From Acidobacteriota bacterium (lineage in GTDB: Bacteria > Acidobacteriota > UBA6911 > RPQK01 > JAJDTT01): 64,000 nt of DNA. The stretch lies in the NCBI GenBank assembly GCA_965263035.1, contig OZ253580.1, positions 3,360,001-3,424,000 of the forward strand, read 5' to 3'. A program made the translations under genes and the position numbers. Of the stretch, positions 38,265-47,835 are shown one piece after another (the first letter of the stretch is position 1; each line of letters begins with the position of its first letter). Under the pieces are notes generated by a model. That model did no database searches and had not been told where the DNA came from. It saw only the letters and a program-made list of their open reading frames with translations.

Positions 38265-39707
38265 ATGTCGAATGTCCTCTATGCGGGCGCCGCCCGAAGA
38301 ATCATCAACCCGAAGCTCGGAACGAAGCGTCCCGGCCTCCGCTTGTTCGCCGACCCGCTCCAGGCCGTCGAATCGGATCTGTCGGCGACCGCCGTGGTGC
38401 TTTCCAATCAGGCCAGCAAGGTCGTCATCGTCGGCATCGACATCTGCGTCATCTATTTGCCCCTCGCCCTCGACATCCGGCGCCGCATCGGCGAGGCGGT
38501 GGGGACGCCGGCGTCCCATGTCCTGATCAATTTCAATCATACCCACAGCGGTCCGGCACTGCCCGATTTCCTGCCCGACTCGCCCGGGCAAATGAAAATT
38601 CAACGTGCCTATCTGGAGAGGCTCATCGACTGGCTGGTGGAAGCCGCCGTGGATGCCGACCGGTCGTTGCAACCGGCGCGGATCGGGGCGGGCTGGGGTG
38701 AAGCCGATATCGGCATCTACCGGCGGGAGACGGGTCCCGATGGGCGGGACGTGTTGGGGGAGGATCCCAGCGTCCCTATCGATTCGGCCGTCGGCGTCCT
38801 CCGAATCGACGATCTGGAGGGTCGGACCATCGCCACCTGTTTCAGTTACGGCTGCCACACTGTGACCATGGGACCCCGCTCGTCGGTGGTCTCCTCCGAC
38901 TTTCCCGGTCCGGCGCGCGATCTGGTCGAAGACAGTCTGGGCGGGCTGTCCGTCTTCCTGCAGGCCTGCGGCGGAAACGTCAATCCCGTCCACGGAATCG
39001 GCTACGAGGTGGATTGCCGGGACACCAAGAATCGGACCGGACTGATTCTGGGTGCGGAAGTGGTCAAGGTGGCCGCCAACATCCGCACCAACGTCCAGCG
39101 CGCGAAACAGAGGCGGCCCATGGGGGTGATTCCCAATATCCTGTTCTGGCCGTGGGAGCCGGTCGAGGGCGACACGTCGACCTGCCTGGGCGCCGTCGAA
39201 GAGATCATCCAGCTGGAATTCATGGATCTGCCGCCGCTGGCGGAAGCCGAGGCCATCCTTGATGAATGGAGGCGGAAGTTGGCCGACGCCCGGGCCAGCG
39301 ACGCCAGGACATGGGAGATCAGCGTGGCGATGCGCTTTACCGACTGGGCCGAAAAACTGGTCGAGGCCGTGCAAAAGGGGAATCCGCCGTTGGACGCGCT
39401 TATCCAGGCAATTCGCATCAACGACTTCGTTGTGGCCAGCGTCAGTGCTGAAGCCTTCTTTCAAACCGGACAGGAAGTGAAGGCCCGATCGCCCTTCGAG
39501 CATACCCAGTTCCTGGGCTTTTCAAACGGCAGCGTGGCCTACCTGCCCCGTGCCGACGACTATCCCGAGGGCGGCTGGAGTGTTCAGGAGCGCTACCATG
39601 TTCCCGATCTGTTGGCGCAGAGCTACTCGCTGCCGGTGGCTTTCCGCCCGGAAGCCGAGCAGTTCGTTGTGGAGAAGGTGTCCAACTTGATCCGGCAACT
39701 CTCCTGA
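38265..39707 (+). CDS. Neutral/alkaline ceramidase N-terminal domain-like hydrolase
   Basis: GAARRIINP, NHTHSGP, YGCHTV, SSDFPG, QACGGNVNP. Confidence 0.7.
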   Translation: MSNVLYAGAARRIINPKLGTKRPGLRLFADPLQAVESDLSATAVVLSNQASKVVIVGIDICVIYLPLALDIRRRIGEAVGTPASHVLINFNHTHSGPALPDFLPDSPGQMKIQRAYLERLIDWLVEAAVDADRSLQPARIGAGWGEADIGIYRRETGPDGRDVLGEDPSVPIDSAVGVLRIDDLEGRTIATCFSYGCHTVTMGPRSSVVSSDFPGPARDLVEDSLGGLSVFLQACGGNVNPVHGIGYEVDCRDTKNRTGLILGAEVVKVAANIRTNVQRAKQRRPMGVIPNILFWPWEPVEGDTSTCLGAVEEIIQLEFMDLPPLAEAEAILDEWRRKLADARASDARTWEISVAMRFTDWAEKLVEAVQKGNPPLDALIQAIRINDFVVASVSAEAFFQTGQEVKARSPFEHTQFLGFSNGSVAYLPRADDYPEGGWSVQERYHVPDLLAQSYSLPVAFRPEAEQFVVEKVSNLIRQLS

Positions 39708-39791
39708 AAGGGATCGAAGGAGTATCTGGCGCTCACTTTCGAAGCGGTGCCGGTTGAGTGAGATGTTCGGTTCAACCGGAGGAAGGCAAGA

Positions 39792-40538
39792 ATGAACGGA
39801 AGACTGGCCGGCAAGGTCGTGTTGATCACAGGCGCCGCGGGCGGAATCGGGACGGCCATTGCCCGGGCCGTCACCGCTGAGACCGCTTCGGTGGTGCTCT
39901 GCGACATCAATCTCGAGGGCGCCCGCCGGCTGGCGAGCGAGTTGACGGGGGAAGGGAGGTCGGCGGCCGCCTATGCCCTCGACATCTCCCGGCCCCCGGA
40001 GATCGCCGCCGTGATCGAGGAAGTCGTGAAGCGGCACCAACGCATCGACGTGCTGGTCAACAACGCGGCCATCTGCCCTCGGATCCCATTGGAGGAGGTG
40101 ACCGAGGCGGACTTCGATCGGATCGTCGGAATCAACCTCAAGGGGACCTTCTTCGTGTCACAGGCGGTGTCTCCGGTAATGAGCCGGCAGGGTTCGGGGA
40201 GGATCGTGAACATCAGTTCCGTCGGCGCCCGGACCGGCGGCGTGGCTGCCTCCTCCGTCTATGCCGCCACCAAAGCGGGCATCATCGCCATCACCAAATC
40301 CTATGCCCGGACACTGGCCCCCGGAGTCACCGTGAATGCGATTGCACCCGGAGTCGTCGATACGGACATGATGCGGATTCCGTCGGAGCAGGTAGCGGCC
40401 ATCGTCGACCAGATTCCCCTGGGGAGGCTGGCCGACCCGGAAGAGATCGCCTCCGTCGTCGTCTTCCTGGCCTCGGAACAAGCGTCCTATTTCACCGGAG
40501 CCACCCTCGACGTCAACGGCGGCTGGTTCATGTACTAG
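39792..40538 (+). CDS. Short-chain dehydrogenase/reductase (FabG-like)
   Basis: TGAAGGIG, LVNNAA, YAATK, NAIAPG, DVNGG; its stop codon is the IS630 target site. Confidence 0.92.
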   Translation: MNGRLAGKVVLITGAAGGIGTAIARAVTAETASVVLCDINLEGARRLASELTGEGRSAAAYALDISRPPEIAAVIEEVVKRHQRIDVLVNNAAICPRIPLEEVTEADFDRIVGINLKGTFFVSQAVSPVMSRQGSGRIVNISSVGARTGGVAASSVYAATKAGIIAITKSYARTLAPGVTVNAIAPGVVDTDMMRIPSEQVAAIVDQIPLGRLADPEEIASVVVFLASEQASYFTGATLDVNGGWFMY

Positions 40539-41756
40539 TACCCCGTAACACTTAAAGTTGTGGATACAGGCTCTTCAGCTTGATCCGTGCATCCTCCGTC
40601 TTGAACTGCCAGTCGATCTCGGTTTGCCGTTGGTTCCGATCCGCAACCCAAGCCCCGATCTCACGTTGCATCCCGGCCAGGCTTGGAATCCGGCGGTCCA
40701 GGCATTGTCCGCACAGCGCGCTCAATTCGATTTCTGCAATGTTGAGCCAACTGCCGTGCTTAGGCGTGTAGTGGATTTCCAGTCGTTGTGCCAGTTGGCG
40801 AGCGTGTCGAGGCTCGTAGGTCGCGTACAGCGATTCGATTCCGTGCGGGTTCAGGTTGTCCAAGACCAGGACCACCCGCTCGGCCTCCGGGTATCGCCTC
40901 TCCAACATGCCCTCGATCCACCGGGCCCAATCCTGTCGCGTGCGCCGCTCGCCCGCCTCCACATGGCAGCGGCCGGTCAGTGGCTCCACCTCCAGGAAGA
41001 TCTGCGCGACCCCGTTGCGCACATACTCATGCTCGACTCGCTCCGGCTGGCCGGGCGCGACCGGCAAAGGCTCCCGCACTTCTCCGATCAACTGCTTGTT
41101 GGTCTCGTCCATGCAGACCACCGGACGACGGGGGTCGTACGGACGGGCATAGACTTCTAAAACGTCCTCCATGCAGGCTACGAATGCGGCGCTGCCCCGG
41201 GGCGGGATCCGCCAATACTTCTTCCGATGAGGCTGCAGTTGGTTTTTTTTAGCGTCCGCTGCACCGTCATCACCGACACCCGCTCGACCCAGCCCAGTTC
41301 CACTACTTTCTCCGCCAGCAGGCGCAGGGTCCAGCGCTTCCGTCCTGGCGGGGCCGGGGAGCAGGCCAAGGCGACCAAGCGAGCCTCGAACGCGCCGTCG
41401 AAGATCACTTTCCGCGGCGGCTGCACCCGCCGCTTGCGCTCCAAGGCGAACTCCAAACCCTGCTCCACAAACCGCCGTTTCAAGTGCTCGATCGTGCGGG
41501 CCGAGACGCCCAGCGCCTCGGCCACCCGGGCCACGGTCCATCCCGGCCCTTCCGGCCCGCGGTCGCACAACAACAGCGCCCGCGCGTACAGGAACCGCTT
41601 GCCGGTGGTCTTGGTCGCGGCCCGGGTCAAGGCCTTCAATTCTGAGCGCTCTTCCACAGTGAGCGTGACACGATAGCGTGGTGCCATGAGAACTCCTCGT
41701 TCCGAGTCCTCCAGCCTCCCACCATAGTATACGAACAATTACATGTTATTGGGTAC
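40538..41756 (-). mobile_element. IS630-family element, copy 1 (1219 bp)
   Basis: TIRs GTACCCCGTAACA / TGTTATTGGGTAC; TA duplicated within CTAG (40535-40538, 41756-41759). Confidence 0.95.
40552..41687 (-). CDS. IS630 transposase (orfA+orfB joined by a -1 frameshift at A8C, 41243-41250)
   Basis: HTH orfA MAPRYRVTLT..RWTLRLLA..RTLKK; orfB NQLQPH..VCMDE..VLDNL..HYTPKHGSWLNIAEIE (DDE). Confidence 0.93.
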
Positions 41757-41764
41757 TAGTAGGG

Positions 41765-41872
41765 GGGAGGGGCGGTTTCCAACCGCCCCCAGGAACGGCT
41801 GTTTCCAACTGCCGATCTCCAGAGTGACATTTTAGTAACGAAGAATGGGCGACTGGAAATCGCCCCTCCTAG
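41765..41872. repeat. Inverted GGAG-type REP doublet between the IS630 and the racemase gene end
   Basis: GGAGGGGCGGTTTCCAACCGCCCC ... GGGCGACTGGAAATCGCCCCTCC; close relatives at 54733-54779. Confidence 0.75.
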
Positions 41873-42996
41873 AACGCGTACTTCTCGACCACGGACTGGT
41901 CCACCGTCACCCCCAGGCCCGGGCTTTCCCGGACCTCGATATACCCGTCCTCCTGGACCCAGGGATCGCTCACCAGTTCATGCTGCATGGGGGAGGTGTG
42001 GGGCTTGAAGTCCATGGCCGCCCCGTGGGTCGAGTTGGCCAGGAGATGGACGCTCGCCGCCGTATTCAAGGCGCTGCTCCAAGTATGGGCGGAGAACTGA
42101 ATGTTCTGGGCCTCGATCAGCGGAACGACTTTGGCGCAGCCGGTGATCCCCAGACACCGTCCCGGGTCCATCTGCACCACATCCACGGCGCCGTGCTTCA
42201 AGAGGCGCCGGTAGCCCTCCGGATTCCATTCCTGTTCGCCGGTGCCGATGGGGGTCTGGGTCCCGGCGCGGAGGAGCCGGTGGGCCGCATAGTCCTGAGG
42301 CGGCAGGGGCTCTTCGATCCAGCGTAGCCGGTAGGCTTCGAAGTCCCGAACCCGGCGAATCGCCTCCTGGGCGCTCCATTTCACCCGGCCTCCCAGCACG
42401 TCGAACACGATGTCGCAGTCGGGGCCGACGATCTCGCGGACGTCTCGAACCAGCGCCAGGTCCTTGGCATGGTCCAGCCCGAACACGGCGTCCGGCTGGC
42501 TGCCCCAGCCACCCTTGACGATCCGATATCCCTGATCCTTGAAGGTCTGGAACTCATTCAGGGTCCAGTCCAGGTCCACCATGTCCAGGTGGATGGACGC
42601 CATCGCCACGACACGCGGCACGACCCGTCCTCCCATCAGGCGGCATACCGGCTGGTTCAGCAGGTGTCCCTTCAGGTCCCAAAGAGCCATGTCCACGGCG
42701 CTCACGGCGAATCCCGCGATGCCCTGGGGGCCGTACCACCAGATGTGATTCAGAAGTTTGTGCCACAGGCGTTCCACGTCGAGGGCGTTCTCCCCGGTGA
42801 GCATGGGAGCGTATCCGCGTTCGATGACGGTCTTGACGGCCGCGGCCGACTCGGGGAACTGGCTGATGCATTCGCCCCAGCCCACAGCTCCCCCCTCCGC
42901 TTCCACCCGTGCCAGGGTGATGTAACGGATGTTGTTGTGGTCGTGAGGCTCCGGATAGCGCAAGGGATATGCGTCGACACGGCGAATTTTCGTCAT
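41869..42996 (-). CDS. Mandelate racemase/muconate lactonizing enzyme family
   Basis: GWGEC, SAVDMALWDLKG, WIEEP, TGEQE, QMDPGRCLGIT, PGLGV; start placed at MTKIRR. Confidence 0.92.
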   Translation of the reverse strand: MTKIRRVDAYPLRYPEPHDHNNIRYITLARVEAEGGAVGWGECISQFPESAAAVKTVIERGYAPMLTGENALDVERLWHKLLNHIWWYGPQGIAGFAVSAVDMALWDLKGHLLNQPVCRLMGGRVVPRVVAMASIHLDMVDLDWTLNEFQTFKDQGYRIVKGGWGSQPDAVFGLDHAKDLALVRDVREIVGPDCDIVFDVLGGRVKWSAQEAIRRVRDFEAYRLRWIEEPLPPQDYAAHRLLRAGTQTPIGTGEQEWNPEGYRRLLKHGAVDVVQMDPGRCLGITGCAKVVPLIEAQNIQFSAHTWSSALNTAASVHLLANSTHGAAMDFKPHTSPMQHELVSDPWVQEDGYIEVRESPGLGVTVDQSVVEKYAF

Positions 42997-43040
42997 GGTC
43001 TCGACCTTATCGGCGTGAGGGGACGGAGGATTGCGGAGGA

Positions 43041-46000
43041 TCAGCGCACATAGATGAACTCCGGCGCGTTGAACAGCGCGTGAGCTGCATCCTTCCAAAC
43101 TTGCGCCGATTGCATCATGGGAACCCGCCCTTCCTCGGTCGGCGCCTCCCGCTCGTGCAGTGCGGCGATGTCGTTGACGGCTTCAGACCAGCGAGTCAAT
43201 TCCTCGGCCTCGGGGTTCCGGTTGAAGGCTCGTTTGAACATGTAGGCCAGCCGGTCGCGAGGCGATTCGTGGGGTGTTGCCACCAGCTCACGGGCCCAGA
43301 ATTCAGCCTGTCCCGCGACGAAGGGGTCGTTCAGCAGTGCCAAGGCCTGAGCGGGAACGTTGGTGACGTCCCGGCGTCCGATGGGAATCTTGGGTTTCGG
43401 CTGGTTGAAAGTCGCTAGCAGTTTGGAAGGCTCCATGACGGTCATCTTGAGATAGATGGAGCGGCGCCCGTCGCCGTCGAGGGGTCCGGAGAAGAGGCGT
43501 TTGGTCGCATCCTCCATCTTGCGATAGGGGTTGAGGGGTTCGCCGAAGAGACTCCGGTCCAACCGCCCCGAGACGGCCAGCAGCGTATCGCGAATCGACT
43601 CGGCATCCAGGCGCCGGAGGGACATGTGATGCCAGAGGCGGTTGAAGGGATCCGTCTCCATGGCTCGTGCACTGGCCTGCCCGGATTGCCTGAAGGTCTC
43701 GCTCAAGACCAGGTTCCGAATCAACTGCTTCAAGGACCAGCCGTTTCGAACGAAGTCGTCCGCCAGGTAGTCCAGCAGTTGCGGGTGTGTGGGTTGATCT
43801 CCCAGGTGGCCGAAATCGTTGGGGGTGGAGACGATCCCGCTCCCGAACACCCATTGCCAGACTCGGTTGACGAACACGCGGGCCGTCAGAGGGTTCTCGG
43901 GGCTGGTCACCAGGTTGGCCAATTCCAGCCGGCCGCTGCCCTCCGGACGGCCATCGTGGCCCGCCCTCAGGACCCGAACGTGCCCCCGGGGAATCAGGTC
44001 TCCCAGGTCTTCGTACACTCCCCGGATATTGACGCGGTAGTCCCGACCCGGGTCCAAGTCGACCATGCCGTTGATGGTCTGGGGTTCCAGAAGCCGTTTC
44101 TCCACCGTGCGGTAGGAGGAGACCAGCTCTCGGACCGGCTCCCGGTCCTCCAGGCTGTTGGGCAACAGCTTCCGGTTGAGCATCCAATTGATCAAGAGGA
44201 CGTCATCCTCGTCCGCGCGATCGTTACCCCAGTCTTCGAGGGAAGCGGTCAGCCATCGCCCATACCGCGCCGCGGCTTCCGGCCGGCTGGATGGAGGATC
44301 GCCGGAGAAGAGAGGCTCGAATCGGGACAACTCGTCCGCCGGCGACTCGACGCAATCGAAGATCGCGCCGTAGTTCGTGACCTTGCCTTTATTGACGAGG
44401 TACGCCCGGGTGATGCCGAACCAGCTCTTCGGGTCGTGCGACCCGCAGTCGTCCTTCTTGATTTCTTCCTCTTTACATCCGCCCAGCCCATACCGCGGTG
44501 GAAAGTAGGGGTTGGAGGTCTTGGTCGTGAACTCGAGATAGTTCCGGGTTTCCGCTGCCTCGACGGCTGATTTCGGCCAGGCACTCTTGTCGGCCGCGTT
44601 CTGGGTGTGGCACACCCAATGCAACTCGTCGTCGTCCATGTATCCCCACTCACGCTCGGTCAGGAACCCGTTGTCCACCACGAGCCGGCGGGTGCTCAAG
44701 TCGCCGCCGTTCATTTCCAGGCTGACGACCCGGGGACTGGTTGGATCCAGGAAAGGGCTGCGGAGGGCGCCGTTGAGCCGCGGCGAGATCGCGTGGGTGA
44801 ACAGCCCCGCCGGAAGCAGCATGTCCACCGCGTCGGTTCCCTCCAGCGCCACCGTGAAGTCGCCGTTGGAGACGGTACCGTCGCGCAGTCCGACCCCATC
44901 CACCGACCAGCCTTCCGGAACCCCCTCCCGGAAATCGGCCATCAGGGGGAAATTCTGGGCATTGGTCTGCGAACGCTCCTGTTGGGCGGTTCCATATTCC
45001 TGGGCCAGATCTGACCAGCGGCCGTCGATGCTGCCGCCCTGTTTCGCCGATTCGTGCAACTGCAGCCAGGGATAGAGAATATCCTCCAGTGCAGGCTTGT
45101 CTTCCGCCTCCTCCTCTTCGGACTCTTTCTCGGCCGCTTCCCTTTCCTCGGCTTCTTCAGCCTTCTTTTCGCTTTCGGCCGGCTCCTCGACCGGTTCGAA
45201 CCGGAGCGCCTTCTCCCAGGCCTGCAGCCGCTCGGGCTTCAAGCCTTGAGCCAGTTGGTCCGCAGCTTCATCCCCGTCGATACGTGCCTGTGCGGCCTGG
45301 ATATAGGCCGGTATGTCTTCGGACGCCTCCAGCCACCAGTCCGCCAGCGGTTCCCGCATGCTCTGCTTGACGGCCGATAGTTCCTGGATGACTTGTTTGT
45401 TGCGATCGGGCAGATCCAGCGTGTTGGTCCCCCAGCGGGAGCTCATTAGCACGCCGGCCAGCGCGTAGTAGTCCTTCTGGGCGACGGCGTCCAGTTTGTG
45501 GTCGTGGCAGCGTGCGCAAGCGACGGTCATGGCCTGAAACGCCTTGGAGAAGGCGTCGATCTTGTCGTCCACCATCTCCTGGTGGATGCCGTTGAAGATC
45601 ACGCTGTCCCCGTGACGCTTCTCGCCCATCATGTAGAACATGGGGCCGATGAGCGACTCGTTGATCTGTTGCGAATTGTTGATTCTCGGAGTCTCCACCA
45701 GGTCGCCGGCGATCTGCTCGCGTACCAGACGATCGAAAGGCAGGTCGTCGTTGAAGGCGCGGATCAGGTAGTCTCGAAATCGCCAGGCGCCCTTGGCCGG
45801 GATGTCCCACTCGTAGCCGTAGGTATCGCTGTACCGAACGACGTCCATCCAGTGACGCGCCCAGCGCTCACCGAAATGGGGGGTGTCGAGCAGGCTGTCC
45901 ACCAGGCGAGCGTAGGCGCCCTCGTCCGAATCGCGGACGAAGGCCTCGACCTGCTCTGCGGTCGGCGGCAGGCCGGTCAGCACCAGGCTCAGGCGCCGGA

Positions 46001-46637
46001 CCAACGTGCTCCGGTCCGCCCGGGGAGCCGGCTCCAGCCCATTCTTCTCCAGTTGGGCGAGGATGAAGCGGTCCATGGGGAGATCCGACCAGCGCTCGTT
46101 CTCGACCTGAGGCAGCGGCGGACGGACGATCGGTTGAAGACTCCACCACTGGCTCCGTTCCTTGAAGACTTCTTCCCATGAATCGTCCGCCACATACGCC
46201 GTTTTGGCTGCGGGGGGCGCGTCGCGTGGGTCGGGTGCTCCCAGGAGGATCCATTGTTCGAAGTCATCGATGGTCTCGGCCGCCAGTTGAGCTCCACCCA
46301 GGGGCATCGGGGTTCCAGAACCGTCGTGCCGGATGGCTCGAATCAGGGGACTCTGGTCCGGATTGCCCGGGATCAGCGCCGGTCCCGACTGGCCGCCTTC
46401 CTGCCACCCGCCCCGATGGTCGAGACGCAGGCCGCCCATGGCCTGGGTCTCGCTGTGACAGCTGTGACAGCTCTCGACCAGGACGGGACGGATTCGCTTT
46501 TCGAAGAATTCCAGCTCGGCCGGGCTGACCCCCTTCTCGGCAGGCTCCGCCGCCCCTCCGAGCGCCCAGGTGCAGACCACCGTCCAGGCGGCGACTCGCA
46601 AGAAGTGTTTCGGTATCCCAACTGCGAAGCTATTCAT
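43041..46637 (-). CDS. Planctomycete cytochrome c / DUF1549 / DUF1553 (PSD1) protein, second copy
   Basis: FFEKRIRPVL..CHSCH; FGERWARHWMDVVRY; CARCHDHK; NPLTARVFVNRVW; PTHPQLLD. Confidence 0.92.
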   Translation of the reverse strand: MNSFAVGIPKHFLRVAAWTVVCTWALGGAAEPAEKGVSPAELEFFEKRIRPVLVESCHSCHSETQAMGGLRLDHRGGWQEGGQSGPALIPGNPDQSPLIRAIRHDGSGTPMPLGGAQLAAETIDDFEQWILLGAPDPRDAPPAAKTAYVADDSWEEVFKERSQWWSLQPIVRPPLPQVENERWSDLPMDRFILAQLEKNGLEPAPRADRSTLVRRLSLVLTGLPPTAEQVEAFVRDSDEGAYARLVDSLLDTPHFGERWARHWMDVVRYSDTYGYEWDIPAKGAWRFRDYLIRAFNDDLPFDRLVREQIAGDLVETPRINNSQQINESLIGPMFYMMGEKRHGDSVIFNGIHQEMVDDKIDAFSKAFQAMTVACARCHDHKLDAVAQKDYYALAGVLMSSRWGTNTLDLPDRNKQVIQELSAVKQSMREPLADWWLEASEDIPAYIQAAQARIDGDEAADQLAQGLKPERLQAWEKALRFEPVEEPAESEKKAEEAEEREAAEKESEEEEAEDKPALEDILYPWLQLHESAKQGGSIDGRWSDLAQEYGTAQQERSQTNAQNFPLMADFREGVPEGWSVDGVGLRDGTVSNGDFTVALEGTDAVDMLLPAGLFTHAISPRLNGALRSPFLDPTSPRVVSLEMNGGDLSTRRLVVDNGFLTEREWGYMDDDELHWVCHTQNAADKSAWPKSAVEAAETRNYLEFTTKTSNPYFPPRYGLGGCKEEEIKKDDCGSHDPKSWFGITRAYLVNKGKVTNYGAIFDCVESPADELSRFEPLFSGDPPSSRPEAAARYGRWLTASLEDWGNDRADEDDVLLINWMLNRKLLPNSLEDREPVRELVSSYRTVEKRLLEPQTINGMVDLDPGRDYRVNIRGVYEDLGDLIPRGHVRVLRAGHDGRPEGSGRLELANLVTSPENPLTARVFVNRVWQWVFGSGIVSTPNDFGHLGDQPTHPQLLDYLADDFVRNGWSLKQLIRNLVLSETFRQSGQASARAMETDPFNRLWHHMSLRRLDAESIRDTLLAVSGRLDRSLFGEPLNPYRKMEDATKRLFSGPLDGDGRRSIYLKMTVMEPSKLLATFNQPKPKIPIGRRDVTNVPAQALALLNDPFVAGQAEFWARELVATPHESPRDRLAYMFKRAFNRNPEAEELTRWSEAVNDIAALHEREAPTEEGRVPMMQSAQVWKDAAHALFNAPEFIYVR

Positions 46638-46677
46638 CGTCGAGACAGCCCTCCAAGTCACGAGCAACCTTGTCGCT

Positions 46678-47676
46678 TCAAAATATCGCGATTGGATTCA
46701 TGGGAGAACCCGTCGCCCCCTCCACCGGAATCGGAGCCGTGCTCAGGAGAAACTCCCAGCGTTGGCGTTCCGCCGCCGCCTGGCTCACGGCCTCCAGGTC
46801 GCAACTGTCGAAGATATGAACTCCCATCGCGATCAGGACCAGCTGATGGATCGGATGGGTGATCCCTTCCACCAGGGAAGGATGGACGTCGCTGGCGGCT
46901 TCACTTCCCAGCATCGCCACGTCCCGCTCCTTCAGCCACTTGGCGCAGGAGGCGTGGAGGCCGGACGAGGCCTTCGTCACGTCCCAGGGACCGAGCGCCT
47001 CCCGCCGGGCCCAGCGGCCGGTCCGGATAAAGACGACGTCCCCACTCGAAACCCTGAATCCCGCCTTCTTCTCCCAAGCTTCCAGGTCTTCGGGAAAGAT
47101 GGGAGTCCCGGGTTCCAGGTAGGGCACTCCCTTCAGTTTCGGGATGTCGAACAGGACACCGCGCGTGAAGATGCCGTTCTTGAGCTTGTGAATGTCCAGT
47201 TGCCGGGCGCCTTCCCCGGTCACCTCCTCTTGGGAGTAACCGTTGTACATCTTGCCCTGGTAGAACATGTGGCACAGGGCATCCAGATGAGTGTGCGCGT
47301 AACCGTGGAAGGAAACCGAAAGTGTATCGACGGCGTACTGGGCGTCTTCGTCGAGCCCGGTCATGGTCATGACATGCTGATAGGGAGAGGAATTATCGAT
47401 GGATTTCTCCTTGGCAGCGTCCCGCGACAAGGACACGGTGAAGCCGTCCTTGACCAGAGCGGCCGCCTGCCTCCGCTTTTCAGGAGTAATCAGGTTGAGG
47501 GCGCCCAACTGATCGTCCGGGCCCCAGCGGCCCCAGTTGGAAAGCTCCTTCATCCAGCGGTCGACGTCTTCGTTGGTGCGGGGATATCTTGGTTGAGCCT
47601 GAGGCTCCGGGGACAGACAGTGGATTAGGAACGGAAGCAGAATACCGGCAAGAAGAATGACTCGGAACGTAGGCAC
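46678..47676 (-). CDS. Secreted cyclase family (kynurenine formamidase-like) metal hydrolase
   Basis: SNWGRWGPDDQLGALN; HTHLDALCH; RGVLFD; GATGSPMNPIA; GTG start with GAGGGG RBS. Confidence 0.88.
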   Translation of the reverse strand: MPTFRVILLAGILLPFLIHCLSPEPQAQPRYPRTNEDVDRWMKELSNWGRWGPDDQLGALNLITPEKRRQAAALVKDGFTVSLSRDAAKEKSIDNSSPYQHVMTMTGLDEDAQYAVDTLSVSFHGYAHTHLDALCHMFYQGKMYNGYSQEEVTGEGARQLDIHKLKNGIFTRGVLFDIPKLKGVPYLEPGTPIFPEDLEAWEKKAGFRVSSGDVVFIRTGRWARREALGPWDVTKASSGLHASCAKWLKERDVAMLGSEAASDVHPSLVEGITHPIHQLVLIAMGVHIFDSCDLEAVSQAAAERQRWEFLLSTAPIPVEGATGSPMNPIAIF

Positions 47677-47752
47677 GGTGTTCCCCTCGGACTCGGAATC
47701 AGACGATGGACACATTATTACTCCCAGAACCGTCCGGTTCAAACCGGTCGAC

Positions 47753-47776
47753 AGGAGGGGACATTCTTGTCCCCCA
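47753..47776 (+). repeat. GGAG-type REP; unoccupied predicted IS110 target
   Basis: AGGAG-GGGACA-TTCT-TGTCCC-CCA; minus strand 47765-47754 reads AATGTC-CC-CTCC. Confidence 0.75.
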
Positions 47777-47835
47777 CTCTCCCAAGAATCAAGGCGCTTG
47801 GTGGTTTACGCGACGTGTTCCAATTGCGTTGCGGG

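Noticed and set aside
41243-41250. IS630 transposase as a pseudogene or homopolymer error
   Set aside because: The same A8C occurs in both copies, and programmed frameshifting is typical of IS630.
45095-45200. Purine-skewed low-complexity tract
   Set aside because: Encodes an in-frame Glu/Ala/Lys-rich linker in the PSD1 protein.
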